A stretch of 64,000 nucleotides of DNA from Phoronis australis (Eukaryota > Animalia > Phoronida). The position numbers and the translations under genes are program-made. This document shows positions 38,240 to 50,369 of the stretch, one piece after another. The number at the start of each line of letters is the position of its first letter. Position 1 is the stretch's first letter. The notes beneath the pieces were generated by a model that was not told the origin of the DNA, did not search any database, and saw only the letters and a program-made list of their open reading frames with translations. The stretch is taken from positions 158,690 to 222,689 of the forward strand of contig NMRA01000103.1 in NCBI GenBank assembly GCA_002633005.1, written 5' to 3'.

Positions 38240-40150
38240 TTTACATTTTCCTAGGTACATATTTATGAAAACGTCAGTTTTCTTACAAAACAACAGAATT
38301 GATTAAAAAATAAAACCATGTACTCTTTAAATCATTTTAAAGAAATGTCTGCAAAACCCTCTAATGTTCTGGAGTTTTTTCCAAGGCATTAAATACAATG
38401 AAATTCACTGCGTTTAAAAGTATACATCCTAACTTATTTAAAGAATGTTGAGACCCATCTCTTGGCGATGTATAGATATAATATTGGGCATGAGTGTATA
38501 TGGTATTGAAGATTTCACTTCGATTGCCAACTAAGAAGTGGTACATAGATAGTTCAGTGTGTAAGTTAAAAACTTTACTTAAGGAATGATGTAAAGAATT
38601 CCAGAAACGTTTGACACAGAGGCAATGGTAACAAAATGCTGAAAAGTTTGGACTTTGCCACATTTGGGATATTTGTCTGTTTGTGAAATACTAAGTATTT
38701 TTAACATTTTGTTTGTATAAATTGTTTTGTGGATGAAAACGTATTTAAACATTGTCAAATGAGGGTTTATGGTTAGACTGAAAGCGAGATTATATATTTC
38801 TTCAATTTCGTCATCTGTGTAATAGTTGAGTAAGGACGCATAATTATCTGGTTTTACAGAAAACTTCTGAATAAATATGTTTTTAATCCATGAATTGGAA
38901 CTACTAAACAATTAAAATCTAATGTTATTACAACTAACAATCCTTCTATCCGACACACTCAGAAATTTCTTCAAGGTCGTTGCAGTTGAAGAAAATGATA
39001 TGATAGACGCATCCTTCAAGTTATAATTTTTATTAATGCTTTCCTATTCAAGAAATTGGTTCTGGCAGTCTAAAAAATCTTCTCAAAATATGAGGCCTGC
39101 ATTGAACAGGTCTTGGTGAAATAGTGATTTACCATTAACAGTTAAAATACAATTGTTCCGTATCGCTTGTTTGGCTATTGGTACTTCATTAAATGTTCCA
39201 GGATTAAGAATATCCAAGGTCGTGTAAAAAGTTTTTTTAATTTCGCATTTTGAGGTATTCAGTTGAAAATTGGATGAAAAGATGAGGACACCGTCAACAC
39301 GACTGAAAACATGCCTCGGTATATCTTCAAACTTGCATCATCCTAAGTATTAGAACGCTTGACCCAAATAAACAACAAGTTTAACTTGATCAGTTCCATG
39401 TTAGGATATTTCGAACCACCCTCTTGATATGGCGATATAGTCACAGTTTCTTTGGTGGTTTATTTAACCAAATAAATTCTCTGATAAGTTTTTTAACTTT
39501 GCGAATTTTTTTGGTGATACTAACAGTTGACAATACATGAATGAGTTTCGATAAACCAAAAGTTTTGTAAAGAAGATTCTGCCTTTTATGGACAAATTTC
39601 GTGTTTTCCAAATATTAAACAGGTCTTTGAGCTTTTGGATTTTTTCATCAAAATTGAGTTTTACGTCGTCTTCCCCTTTTCTGCCAAAGACTATTCTTAG
39701 GCTTTTAATGGGCTTTTCGGGCCAGCTGATTCTGTCAAGTCGATTACGATTCCGATGCATTGTTGAGGCAAACATCCCTGGCATTTTTCAAAGTTCAAGT
39801 GGAGTCCAGAAAATGTCCGAAATCATCTAAAAATCTAAACCAGTTATTGCCAGATTCTACGTCATTAATGAAAAGAACTGTATCGTCTGCATACTGTGCA
39901 ATTTTGATTTCTTGATTGGCGATTGTGAAGCCTCTAATTAATTCATTGCTTCTGATATGGTGTGACATAATTTCTGCACACAGGACGAACAGCGGACTTG
40001 ATAGTGGGTCTCCTTCAGAGGCCTTTCTCTGTGTTAAAATACTATGACATAAATCCGTTGTTCAACAAAAATGACGAAATTTCAGAATACAATGCACGGA
40101 CTCTATTGATAAAAGCGTCACCAAAAGTAAAAGCTTTTAAGAACTGAAAT
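38240..40150 (-). mobile_element. 5'-truncated L1/Tx1-clade LINE ORF2 fragment (pseudogenised)
   Basis: Minus-strand motifs GDPLSSPLFVLCAEI, KIAQYADDTVLF, WKTRNLSIKGRI and a C-terminal CCHC-region remnant; many frameshifts. Confidence 0.92.
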
Positions 40151-41227
40151 AAAAACTCAAACATGTGACATAGTTTTTGAAATTTCATCTATCAGCAATC
40201 ATATTAAATGAAATTCGGTCATGTTACTATACTTTAATTAAGGTATAAACGCACCTTTATTTTTGTTAAATTTTACTTGAAGTGCATGGTCAAGTAACCA
40301 AATTAATTACGAATTGAAGTATTCAGGGGCCCTACTTTAAGCAAATGTGTAGCTTCACTGAGTAACATGAAACAGCATCACAGATATTAGGCAAAAGGCA
40401 CAGGATTGTTGGTGAGGTCTTCCAAATATCAGCTATTTTTGAAGAAATGGAGGCTACACATTTTAATTAAGTATTCACACGTTGATTATGTATGTATGTA
40501 TGTTGACACGCTTTCTGGCAACTCCTGGGATACTATTTGACTTCTAAGAGTAACGCTCATAACCGCAATGGAATACCACAGTCCAAATAATCGTGGGTTT
40601 ACACGTCTAAGAAGTCCAGACAAGAAGGAGGGAAATTGGCAAAGACAGGGTTGTGAATTGGTGGTGATATGTGTAACTTCGGATGACCAAATGAGTCTCG
40701 TTGACGATCCGGGTTGTTAGAGTGGGAAACAGTCGAAATTGTGCCCCAAAGGTATTCAAACGCCTTCCTTTCATAACTAATCAGTCGTGAAATGGGAATC
40801 TCTACTAGGTAAGTTGTTACTGAAAATGTCACCAAAGTGGTGCCGAGACTGTGGGTGAGTGTCATTGGTCAACGGTTGTGTAGATGAAATGACAAACGAT
40901 CACTCCTGAAAATATTGATTTATTGGTCCTCTGTAAGTAAATTGCTCAATGGTACACTGCATGTGAGTATTGAAATAACAAAGGAATCGCGGTTTTAGTT
41001 TCTTCAATAACGAGTTGTTTTTGGTGGAGCCTTTTCCACTGAAACAAACAGTATTTAATTATTAAAATAGTTTTTAACGTCTTCGAATATTTCAGATACA
41101 ACAATACATGCAATATTATTACCTTTTAAAATTAAGTTTAAGTTCCTTAAATTAGCAATAAAAGACCGAAATGTTTTCGAAAACTCGATGAAACTTTCTG
41201 TAATAGTCACGTTTTTTAAACTCCCAG

Positions 41228-41400
41228 TCAACGTAACCCACCTTCATAATAACCGTTCGCTCGGCACGAAGCACAGCATTTTTTGCGGGTGCCATCACCG
41301 TAGCACATTTGTGGAATAACCTGATTTATGAAGACAGAGCAGGGTACATAGGCTTTGAGTTCTATCGCTTTAATCTTTGTTTTTGAGTCGTCTTGGCAAC
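41228..41400 (-). CDS. Gene B terminal exon, PLAC-like domain 2: (G)CQDDSKTKIKAIELKAYVPCSVFINQVIPQMCYGDGTRKKCCASCRANGYYEGGLR*
   Basis: tttcag acceptor, phase 1; C-x18-C-x11-C-x8-CC-x2-C; shares RKKCCASCRANGY and 3'UTR similarity with 25260-25414. Confidence 0.88.
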
Positions 41401-42334
41401 CTGAAATGTGGCGTAAACATAAGTATACTGTTGTCTACCAACACAGATGATAACATTTCTTTTTCAAAATTCACAAGGTAGACCCAAACCTTAATTTTCA
41501 GTTATATTTAAACAGAGTCTGCGGATTTGCTATGAATTGGTTCCGGATTCTAGAAAACACTATGCGTGTTTGAACCTTAGAAGCACCGCAGCAGTGTGCA
41601 GAAGCGTGACAAAATGGGATACTCCATCGATTTTTTTTAAGCTTTTTGGGAATTCACCAGAAACGAACCGACTAGATCGTGGAGATGGTAGCATGATGAT
41701 AGGACCAGGAGGCTTGAAGTTCAACTGCAGCATCGCGGCGTAATGTAGGCTTTTTCCAGGGGACATAAATGCTAAGAGTCTTATAATAATTTTTCAACTT
41801 GGTTCGGCACGTTTATTCAAAAATGTGTTCCAAATGTTTTCATGTTTCACTAACATCTACAAATTTTGCACTAGTTCTAGAGTTACGTGGTGCAGTGTTG
41901 GAGCACGAGAGGAGACACCAATCATTCGGAACAGAAGAATTGCACACGGTTTTGAAACATGCAGCACCTGTGATCACATCTTTTTAAATTGAGATGTCTG
42001 TACTTATCTTCATCCGTTTATTATAGAAAAACCTCTACTCAAGTCTTTTTCAGAGGCAAGTTGACCTCGTACTTAATGTATCATTTTTGAGCTCACGCTA
42101 TGTATCTATAGAAGCAATAGACATGTAATGCCGAACTTTCAGGGTTGACCTCGAGATTACGCAGGACTGGTTGCGAGAGTTTACACTGTAAATTCCTGGT
42201 TGTCTACTCGACTGAATTTTGATCGAGTGCTGTAAGTTTTAACTCCAGACGTCCCGCTTTTCAATCCACATGACCCGTTTTTCATCGTCAAATGTTTACA
42301 ACTATGCAAGAGGTGTTAAAATTATATTGTTTCT

Positions 42335-42340
42335 TTATTA

Positions 42341-42392
<52 letters not shown>
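42335..42392. repeat. (TAT)n microsatellite
   Basis: Direct observation. Confidence 0.95.
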
Positions 42393-42825
42393 CATTCCAC
42401 TTTCTTTAGCAACATTAGGGTGAATCATAAAATGAGTTTCACAATAAGGTACCTTTGATCTGTATCAGCTACATCTAATTTCATGATTGCCAAGAAGTAT
42501 AATCATTTGTGTACAATTTGAAGTTGTGCTAAGAGAAACAATCTAGGTGCTTTCTCTGATTTCAGTAGGTAAGGACAGAATCGAAATGAAGAATGTAATT
42601 TTTTACACCAAATTTCTTGAAAGTCTCTCACTATGGCAAAACGATACACTGATATCTTATTAAATATTGAAGGTGATTCGCGCTGAAATCTGTTGCCGAA
42701 AGGCAGCAAAACGATCGGGAAACTTCGTAAAATTTAAGTCATCACCTCGCTCAGAGTAACAAAATTGTGTAAATGCTCAATTATCATCTCAGGAATCCAC
42801 CAGTGAACAATGCTAGTTCATTTAA

Positions 42826-45227
42826 AGAGGCCTGGAACGCGCAAAACATTTCATTGTTCAAAGTAGTTCACTGCCACTGAAACAGAACTCCGCCTGTTCA
42901 CCAGACATTTTTACGATTCGTCAAAGCATTTTTCTTTAAGTTTCAACTTTCACAAAAACAATTTGTCATAAAGTTCTTCACTACTTCAATGTTTCTCCCT
43001 CAATGAAATGCCCGCCAGCTAATTTAGCATGGTAAGACGAAGACGTAGCAAAGTTCCCTGACATGGAATGTGTGACCTTTGGCTTTTGAAATATACAAAA
43101 CGATGGCGACTTAAAGCAGTAGCCGGTCCCATTAAAGATGCATGGAACGCGAAAGGTTGTTAAAAACATACCTTAAAGAATTCCTCATGAAAGTACCATC
43201 TCGCAAAGCGTAGTACAGTGTAATTAACATTTCCCTGCATAGAAATGTCCAGGAAAATTTAATAAAATAACTTTTTGTCTTTCGAAGTTGTGTACATGTC
43301 ACAACAAATTATTAAAACTGATTTCATTCCCTTACAAGTTTTTAGTATTTTATTACCAGGAAACCGGATTTTGGCATAGAAATTTGATCCTGCGAAGCTG
43401 TCATCATGTCCCGACAGATGTCGCAAAATTTTAGGAAATAGCGCGTGTTGAGCATACAGTCTTCTTTGTTACAAAAGACTGAGAATTGACATAAAATAAC
43501 GTTTCCTAGATTAGTTTTCATTTAAACGGCTCCAGCGTGCAAGGTGATTGTTGGTTGACACCAAGATATTTGCCCGCCCCCCTGCCGATAGGTCTACACT
43601 TTGATGTAAGTTTCATGACGAGGTGATCGAGCTGAACTAACCTAACCAGGCTATGTGAAATTCCGTTGTCTAACGGAGCTAAACAACAGTGCTATTGAGT
43701 ACTGTTGTTCCTGGGTTTTCTTCAATTTTATTCTTCTTCTTCTTCTTATTCTTATTCTTCTTATTCTTCTTCCGACCAACTTTGAGGCTTAATAACTCCA
43801 AATTGGGTGCAGATACGGTCTTTAAATTCAGCCTATGAGTTTTGACAGTATATATATTTTGATTGGTTACATAATCGTATTCCATATTGCACCGGAAGAG
43901 GTCGTTTGGTGCAAAGGACATATAATTTTCAAAATACTACTCCTCCTTCAGTTCTAACGCTATCTTTTTCAAATTCGGTGCACAGGTATAAGTCAACATG
44001 ACAATTTAAAAAATTACTTTTCTAAGTAATCGGGTCATCCAATCAGGTGAAATAGGTCAAAGGTTATTAGGTGCAAACTAAAATTTTGAGCTAGACACTT
44101 CAAATTGACAGATCTGATTGCCACAGGTAAATCAAATCGGAATCCAAAATTTCAGGTCATTTAGTGCAAACATGGGGTCATTAGGTGCATTTTTGTTCTG
44201 AAAATTTGACCTTTTCAATCAGCAAGTATTCTGATGTGTCAACCGTTAGACAACTGTGATTCTCAGCGTTAAATACATTTTCCATGGGCTTTGCAAAAAT
44301 TCTCCTAAAGATGCTTAAAATGCACCGGATAAGGTCAATTAGTGCAAAGGTCATGTAACGTTCAAAATGTGATATCTCTTACGATTTCCAAGGAATTCTT
44401 TTCAATTTGAGCACACTTGGGTAAGTCAACATGCTAATTGAATACCCTACTTTACTTCACAATAGACCTGACCAATCAGAAAAAATAGGTCAAAGGTCAT
44501 TGAGTGCAAACTTAAATTTTGAGCTAGAGACTTCAAACTTACATATCTGTTTACTAAGTGCGATTGAGTTTGAATTCTAACTTTTCAGGTCATTTGGTGC
44601 ACCCACGGGGTCCTTAGGTGAATTTTTCTTCTGAAAGTTTGACCGATTCATTCATCTTGTATTCTGAAGTGCTTAAAGTACAACATCAGTGATTTTTAGC
44701 ATTAACCACACTTTTAATTGAGTTAACAATTACTCCCTCATCAGGCTCATAATGCACCGGAAGAGGTCACTTAGTGGAAAGGTCATCAAAAAATTAATGT
44801 GTAATTTCTCCTACAATTTTAAAGAATTCCTTTTCATATTTGTAAATGGGTTGCTGTCAGTAACTTTCCATAATAATTCCAGAAATACGCATGCGCAGAG
44901 TCCGTTATTGTCACGCCGTGACAATAATCTTTCTAGTTTTGAAGATAGTCTTCATACAGCTAGCTGGCTGGCTAGGCCCCGGGATGAATCAACGTCACAG
45001 GAAAGGAAATGACCTATTTCTCTTTGCGCTGTACAGCCTCAGTGACGCCACGCAAAACAGAGCTTGCAGTGGGGCCTTACGGAACTAATAAATTTTTGTT
45101 TTTCAAAGTAAAAAATACAAAGTAAAAAGATACTGTGCGCTATTTAGGAATATGTGGGTGCCAGTAACCAACCTTTATACTTTCAAAATTCATGTTAAGA
45201 TGCTGAAACATGTAGTTCAGGCCTCTT
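42826..45227. mobile_element. Kolobok-like non-autonomous element interrupted by a HINE
   Basis: TTAA-AGAGGCCTG(G)AAC ... GTTCAGGCCTCTT-TTAA; the interior matches the Kolobok-like family on both sides of the HINE. Confidence 0.55.
43697..44937 (-). mobile_element. Helentron/HINE-type element, same family as 10741-12189
   Basis: Reverse-complement match over about 1.2 kb including the 5' hairpin and microsatellite tail; the 3' hairpin is truncated. Confidence 0.8.
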
Positions 45228-46675
45228 TTAAAAGTCACATTTTCCATATAAGAGAAATGTGTGTTGCCATACCAAATGAGGAGACGTGCTTTCCCTTGTG
45301 AAAGGAAAATCTATAAAGTAGCAAGCATTTGACAGATCGTTTTTAAAAATTGAAACTAAAAGAAAAAGCTTCTTATGTGAACAGAAATTAAAAAAATTAC
45401 GAACAAACCTTAAAAATACCTGATGAGCAAGTTGAATTCTCTTTAAGTGGCACGGATTAACTTTGAATATTGCAATTTAGTCTGTTTATCGCTTTCTGGC
45501 CTGTTTAAGAGGGGGTTGATGTGAGTCCTAACTGTTTAAAAGTTGATATAAATGTATGATAGTATTCAAATATATTTGCTTGCTTTTCCACTGTGCTGCC
45601 GTCCTCAGATTTGGAGTGCTATCACAAATGATAAGCTGTCGTTAATAGCCTCCTTGTCAATCAACTGTTTATCGAATTAGTTTGAGTGCATCCGCGCATT
45701 TTCTTAAAAATCGAGGAAAATTAGAAACTCTATGGTGACTGCATAGTTTTTCCTCGTGCGAACTTCAAAAATCATTCATTTTTTTCACACATGTCATAGC
45801 GAGTAACTATGTAGTAGACGTTGAGAGATGATACTTTCGCCAGGAATTGTTTAAACAATATTTTGCCGAGTTTTCGCGTTCCATGCCCATTTAAGACAGC
45901 TATGTACTATTCAACAGGTGTTCCAAGAAACAGTGTTTCTTTGTTGTGAGTAGTTTGATATTGTTATTTTCCACAGGCCTCTTTTAGCAACATTCGAAAA
46001 TAAAAAAGCGGGAAAACTATCGTGAAAAGCATTGTTGAGGTGTTTTACATGACAAACAAAAATGTCCAGGGGATTACATTTGTCGTCTGTCTTGTTGAAA
46101 AGCTCGTAACTTTTAGTTTGATAGGTTGTCGAGGTGCTGCGTGAAATGAGTGACCACTGCTGTAAGTTGACGAATTTTGTCGAGACAAGGTTATTTGTCT
46201 GGAAACATATCTCCACCGTGTCGCTTGATGATTTCACCATGAACAGAAATGACAAAACGAAAACTATGCATTGAGATTGTGCATAATATGACAACTGCAA
46301 CACTCCATCGAAATTAAGTCGACGGTACACTGGAAACTCACAATGGACACCCTCGTGACCAGGACCGTGTACATGTAAGCTCTGGTATTAGAATGCTTGG
46401 GCCACGCGCAAAAACACTGCCGTTATACAGCTCTTTGTACGGACAAATATATGCCCCTAAATTTTGTTGAACACATTTCTTAAATCAACATATCTAAGTG
46501 CCTGTTTACTGTATAGGAAAAAATGCATACAACTAGTCCGATTTCTAAATAAGTGCTTACAAAGTGTTTAGGGTCAGAGCCCCATTGCAGGCTGTTTAGC
46601 CCCATGGTGTGCCCACTATGACCTATTGACCCATGTATGGCATCATTCTCTATCGATACGTCTGGATCAACTCAC

Positions 46676-46807
46676 CTGGGACTGGCTCAGGTGGGTCAGG
46701 GTTTTTGCAGGAATGACAACAACTTCTGTTCACCCGTGGGTTTTCGCACGCGTTTTTTGCCTTTACCTTTGTCGCACAGTTGGCAACTGTGTTCACGCAT
46801 GGAAAAG
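46676..46807 (-). CDS. Gene B internal exon, PLAC-like domain 1: FPCVNTVANCATKVKAKNACENPRVNRSCCHSCKNPDPPEPVP
   Basis: tag acceptor, CCAG|gtgag donor, 132 nt phase 1-1; C-x6-C-x9-C-x8-CC-x2-C close to PLAC spacing; splices in frame to 41400. Confidence 0.88.
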
Positions 46808-49275
46808 CTATGAATAAATGGGTAATAGTTACATAACAAGACACGCACTAAGATGATTATACAGCTTATCATTCACATCAGCAGTCAACACAATGTATTC
46901 ATTACCTTACTTTCATATACCCGTGCATTCTATTTATTACACTTTTGATTTCGATTGGTTCACGGTCTCGACTTAAAAGTTAAAGACAAGATGATGGAAT
47001 TTTGTACAGAAACCCAAAATTGCGTTTTCAGCGCAAAAACTACATAATCAAATACATTGTTCAGTTTGTACATAGAACTATTCGTAATTACTTTCCTATT
47101 TGTGGCTACACTCACCGAGACTTATATGAAACATTCTTAAAATGCATGCCTTGGCGACATCTTACTGCCAAAACCAGTCTTGGCAACATAGAGCTGGTGG
47201 ATTTCGACTGTCTAGCCCAACTACTGCATTTGAGTTAGTTTACCCAATTGATAACCATACAATTAGTCGCCTAGACTTTTATGAATCTTTGATATTGAAT
47301 AAGGGGTCATATATAGACATATCTTGATTTTGTCCAGTTATTGAAACGCACAGATGAGCGTACGAGACCGGCTCTTTGTTCACGGAGACACTCTGGCGTT
47401 TTTCATAGAACTAGAACTTGCTATCACTTGAACCATTGCAGACAAGACACTTGGCGAAATCGGAGAAATAACTGAAGTCAACGACGCTTCTCATGCCAAC
47501 AAAGACACCAGTGATGATGGAAGCATTTAGGACTTGAACAGTGTAGTCTGCAACGCAATGGAACAGACGCAAGCACATTAAAAATATCGGTCTTCTACTG
47601 AAGAGCAACCATCGGAAAATCTCGTGTACATGTATCTCGAGAACCATAAGTCGTGGAGGAAAGGAGCCTAAAAAGGGATTGTTGTGAAAAAGGCAGAAGT
47701 TAAGATATTAACAAAGAAATAAAACTCACATTTCCCCGCGTTGCGCGCCAAACAAAAGCTCATTCATTTTTATTGGAAAAATACGAAAATGGTGACAGCG
47801 ATCGCTTATTGGTTGATATGTCAGTGACGTGGCTGGTGGGGCCTAGAGTGCTTACCACGTATGATTGTGCTATATTGTGAAGAGTTCACATCGTACTTTA
47901 TCATTTTATTAACAGTTCTTTTTTGCCATTATGCTGTAAAAGGTTCGCAATGCCCTTTGGTATGGATCCTGGGTGTCCGAAATTTTCGAGTCCGAAGGCG
48001 TCTTCTAATGGGAGGGACTATGCAATCAGTTGCTCTAGCCTTGAAACAAAGCTGTATACCGTGGATAAAATGAACAAATAAAATCTGACTCAAATTCAGT
48101 GTCATTAAAACTACTCTCTTCCTTAAGTAAACTAACTTATTTACCGGCGTTGTAAAAATTGGCATAAAGTCGCTAATCAATTGCGGCTAAAGTTGTGATG
48201 AGGTCTTTTTGTCGACTTTCGGCGATTACGTCATATGACCTTGGGCAGTTTCTTTTCCCGCAGTTTCAATATCAATTGTTTTTCGCTACCCGCACGAAGT
48301 TGTGTACATGTAACAGCAAATTATATGAACTTGTTTCATTTCTATGCAGAGTTTTAGCATTTTCAAACCAGCAAACACAAATTTGAGAAAAAATCGTGCT
48401 TCTGCAAAGTTGTCATCGTCTCCCAAAAGACGTCGCAAAATGTTGGGAAATGGCGCGTGCGTGGTGTCACCAGCGTGATGTTTCTGAATACGGGCGACGG
48501 ATTTTTCTTTGTTGCAACCATAGATTATAGACAACAGATTCGCAACTCCGGCATATCCTTACGTGCTGAGCTGAACTCTCCTGATATTTCTGGTGCAGTT
48601 TCCGGTTAGTGTATTTTGACGAGAATTACTTGCATCTACTTTACTGTCCAAAACAACGAAAAAATATTAATTTCGGCATTGAAACGCTTTCAAAGCCTTT
48701 CAATAGTAGATGTGTTGGTATTGTGAGTACTTTTGGCAATGCTACTGGTAATTAATTACAAAATTCAAACATCGGTGCCGACTAATTATGTCGTCTGCTT
48801 GCCCAATGGCAGCATAGTTATCGGACAGTTTTTGATTTATGGTTCACATACATGTAGGCCTACTGAGAAAACTACGAGAGCATGTCTATAAATCAACATT
48901 CTCAAGTGAGCAGTTCTTCTGGGAAGTGTTGAGTGGCCCTTAAAGGCGAAGGCAACCTTTTTTCATGTCATTTTGAGCTAAAATAAGGTTGGTTGGTTAT
49001 CCTAGACATATTTTCCACTTAATTACAGCTTTTCGTAATTTTATTAATTACTTGTCCGCTACTCCGGAAGTGACGTTTTAGGAGGCAAGCGTTTTCCGCC
49101 ACTTGGTTTTGCGTTGACTACCGTGCGAATCTGTTCTATTCTACTTTTGTTTTGTGCTGTTTTTCAACAATTGTCGCCACCACTTTCCATCGGCGAGTAT
49201 TCTGCGGCAAGATAGGTTAGTAGAGAACTCAACTACGTTGGATTTAGGGATTGTTTAGTGTGTTGTAAGCTGAAA

Positions 49276-49671
49276 ATGGCTGGAGTCGGTGACCCGTATC
49301 ACAGTGACAGTAGTGTGAGTGACGGAGACCTTGTTCACAGCAGTGGTGACGAGGAATTTTTTCACGGACATTCAGTGGGTGGGTACATGTTTGAGCCCGA
49401 GTATAACGAGGCAGAGTACGCACAGGCACAGGCAGCTGTTGAGAGAAACGAGGCGGCTACTGAGGACAGACGTGGTGACACATCTTGGTGCAAATGCACT
49501 GTGTGCGTTGTTATGCCTACCTCAATGGAATGCTTGTGCTGTTCAGAGTTCGACGAGGCCAAGCCACTACTGGACATGGTTAAGTGGACCTCCGGCATAC
49601 CACGGACAGAGGAACAACTGTCCCACTTGCCAGAGTGTCCCGCGACACACTCCCACTGGATGGTGACCTGA
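49276..49671 (+). CDS. KolX / P2X7 C-terminal-like Cys-rich protein, N-terminal part (truncated by the deletion near 49570)
   Basis: YMFEP and WCKCxxCxxMPTxxECLCC motifs. Confidence 0.8.
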   Translation: MAGVGDPYHSDSSVSDGDLVHSSGDEEFFHGHSVGGYMFEPEYNEAEYAQAQAAVERNEAATEDRRGDTSWCKCTVCVVMPTSMECLCCSEFDEAKPLLDMVKWTSGIPRTEEQLSHLPECPATHSHWMVT

Positions 49672-50369
49672 GCACCCAAACTGCTTACATCGTGTCGTGT
49701 GACTCCCTCGCCACACACCTGGCACCTTCTAAATAGCTCCAACACTTTAGACAAGTCCACAATAAACTTATCAAAGTTTGGCTCACCGATCTGTTCACTG
49801 GACGACGAACTGTCCTCTTCACTGGGTGTCGAACTGAGCCTGTAATCACTCCCACTACTCAATATCGCTGCAGGGCTGCTTAGAGGCTCTGGGCTGGAGA
49901 AAACAGCACAGGGCGAATCACTACTGGTTCCAGGAATTGCACGCTCTGGGGTACGTTCGGAGGCACGGGTGACAGTAGATGAAGTGCCTCCACTGGCTCC
50001 AGTCACTGTACTGGCCACAGCTCGCGAGGCTTCTCGCTTCAAAAACGCACTTCTCGGGGGTGGCGACGGGGCACTGCCGGGAATCAACACAGACGGAATG
50101 GCATCCTTCTTCAAGCGTTGTTTCGCAGGGACCTTCATCAGTTCAGCGTACAAATCCCTTTCGTAATCGGACGGCAGAAAGTGCTTGCCACACACACGGT
50201 AATTCTCCACTGCTTTGTACGTTGCGTGGACGGGTAACGCTGCGTTCTTCACACGAACGAGCCAAGTACGGCGAAGTGTGTCATCCATCGGAAAGCGATG
50301 CAAAGGCACTCCCAAAGCGCGCGTGAGCCGATAATTACTACATCCCGGTACGCAGCAACAGTGTGGCAT
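49362..50369 (-). CDS. THAP-domain Kolobok transposase N-terminus (catalytic DDE region deleted), 335-aa open frame
   Basis: CCVPGC..LHRFP..W..RVCGKHF..LKKDAIPS THAP domain, Ser-rich linker, FIV..LF..CxxCG..C..GH..W.S block. Confidence 0.88.
   Translation of the reverse strand: MPHCCCVPGCSNYRLTRALGVPLHRFPMDDTLRRTWLVRVKNAALPVHATYKAVENYRVCGKHFLPSDYERDLYAELMKVPAKQRLKKDAIPSVLIPGSAPSPPPRSAFLKREASRAVASTVTGASGGTSSTVTRASERTPERAIPGTSSDSPCAVFSSPEPLSSPAAILSSGSDYRLSSTPSEEDSSSSSEQIGEPNFDKFIVDLSKVLELFRRCQVCGEGVTRHDVSSLGAQVTIQWECVAGHSGKWDSCSSVRGMPEVHLTMSSSGLASSNSEQHKHSIEVGITTHTVHLHQDVSPRLSSVAASFLSTAACACAYSASLYSGSNMYPPTECP

Noticed and set aside
40599-40865. 88-aa minus-strand ORF
   Set aside because: No recognisable motif or convincing splice sites.
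41880-41990. Possible signal-peptide exon for gene B
   Set aside because: Lies between the two PLAC exons and has no clean frame; the first exon of gene B was not identified.
45911-46330. 139-aa ORF with a faint Crypton/DUF3504-like 'KC.P..F' look
   Set aside because: Similarity too weak; no catalytic residues or element ends seen.
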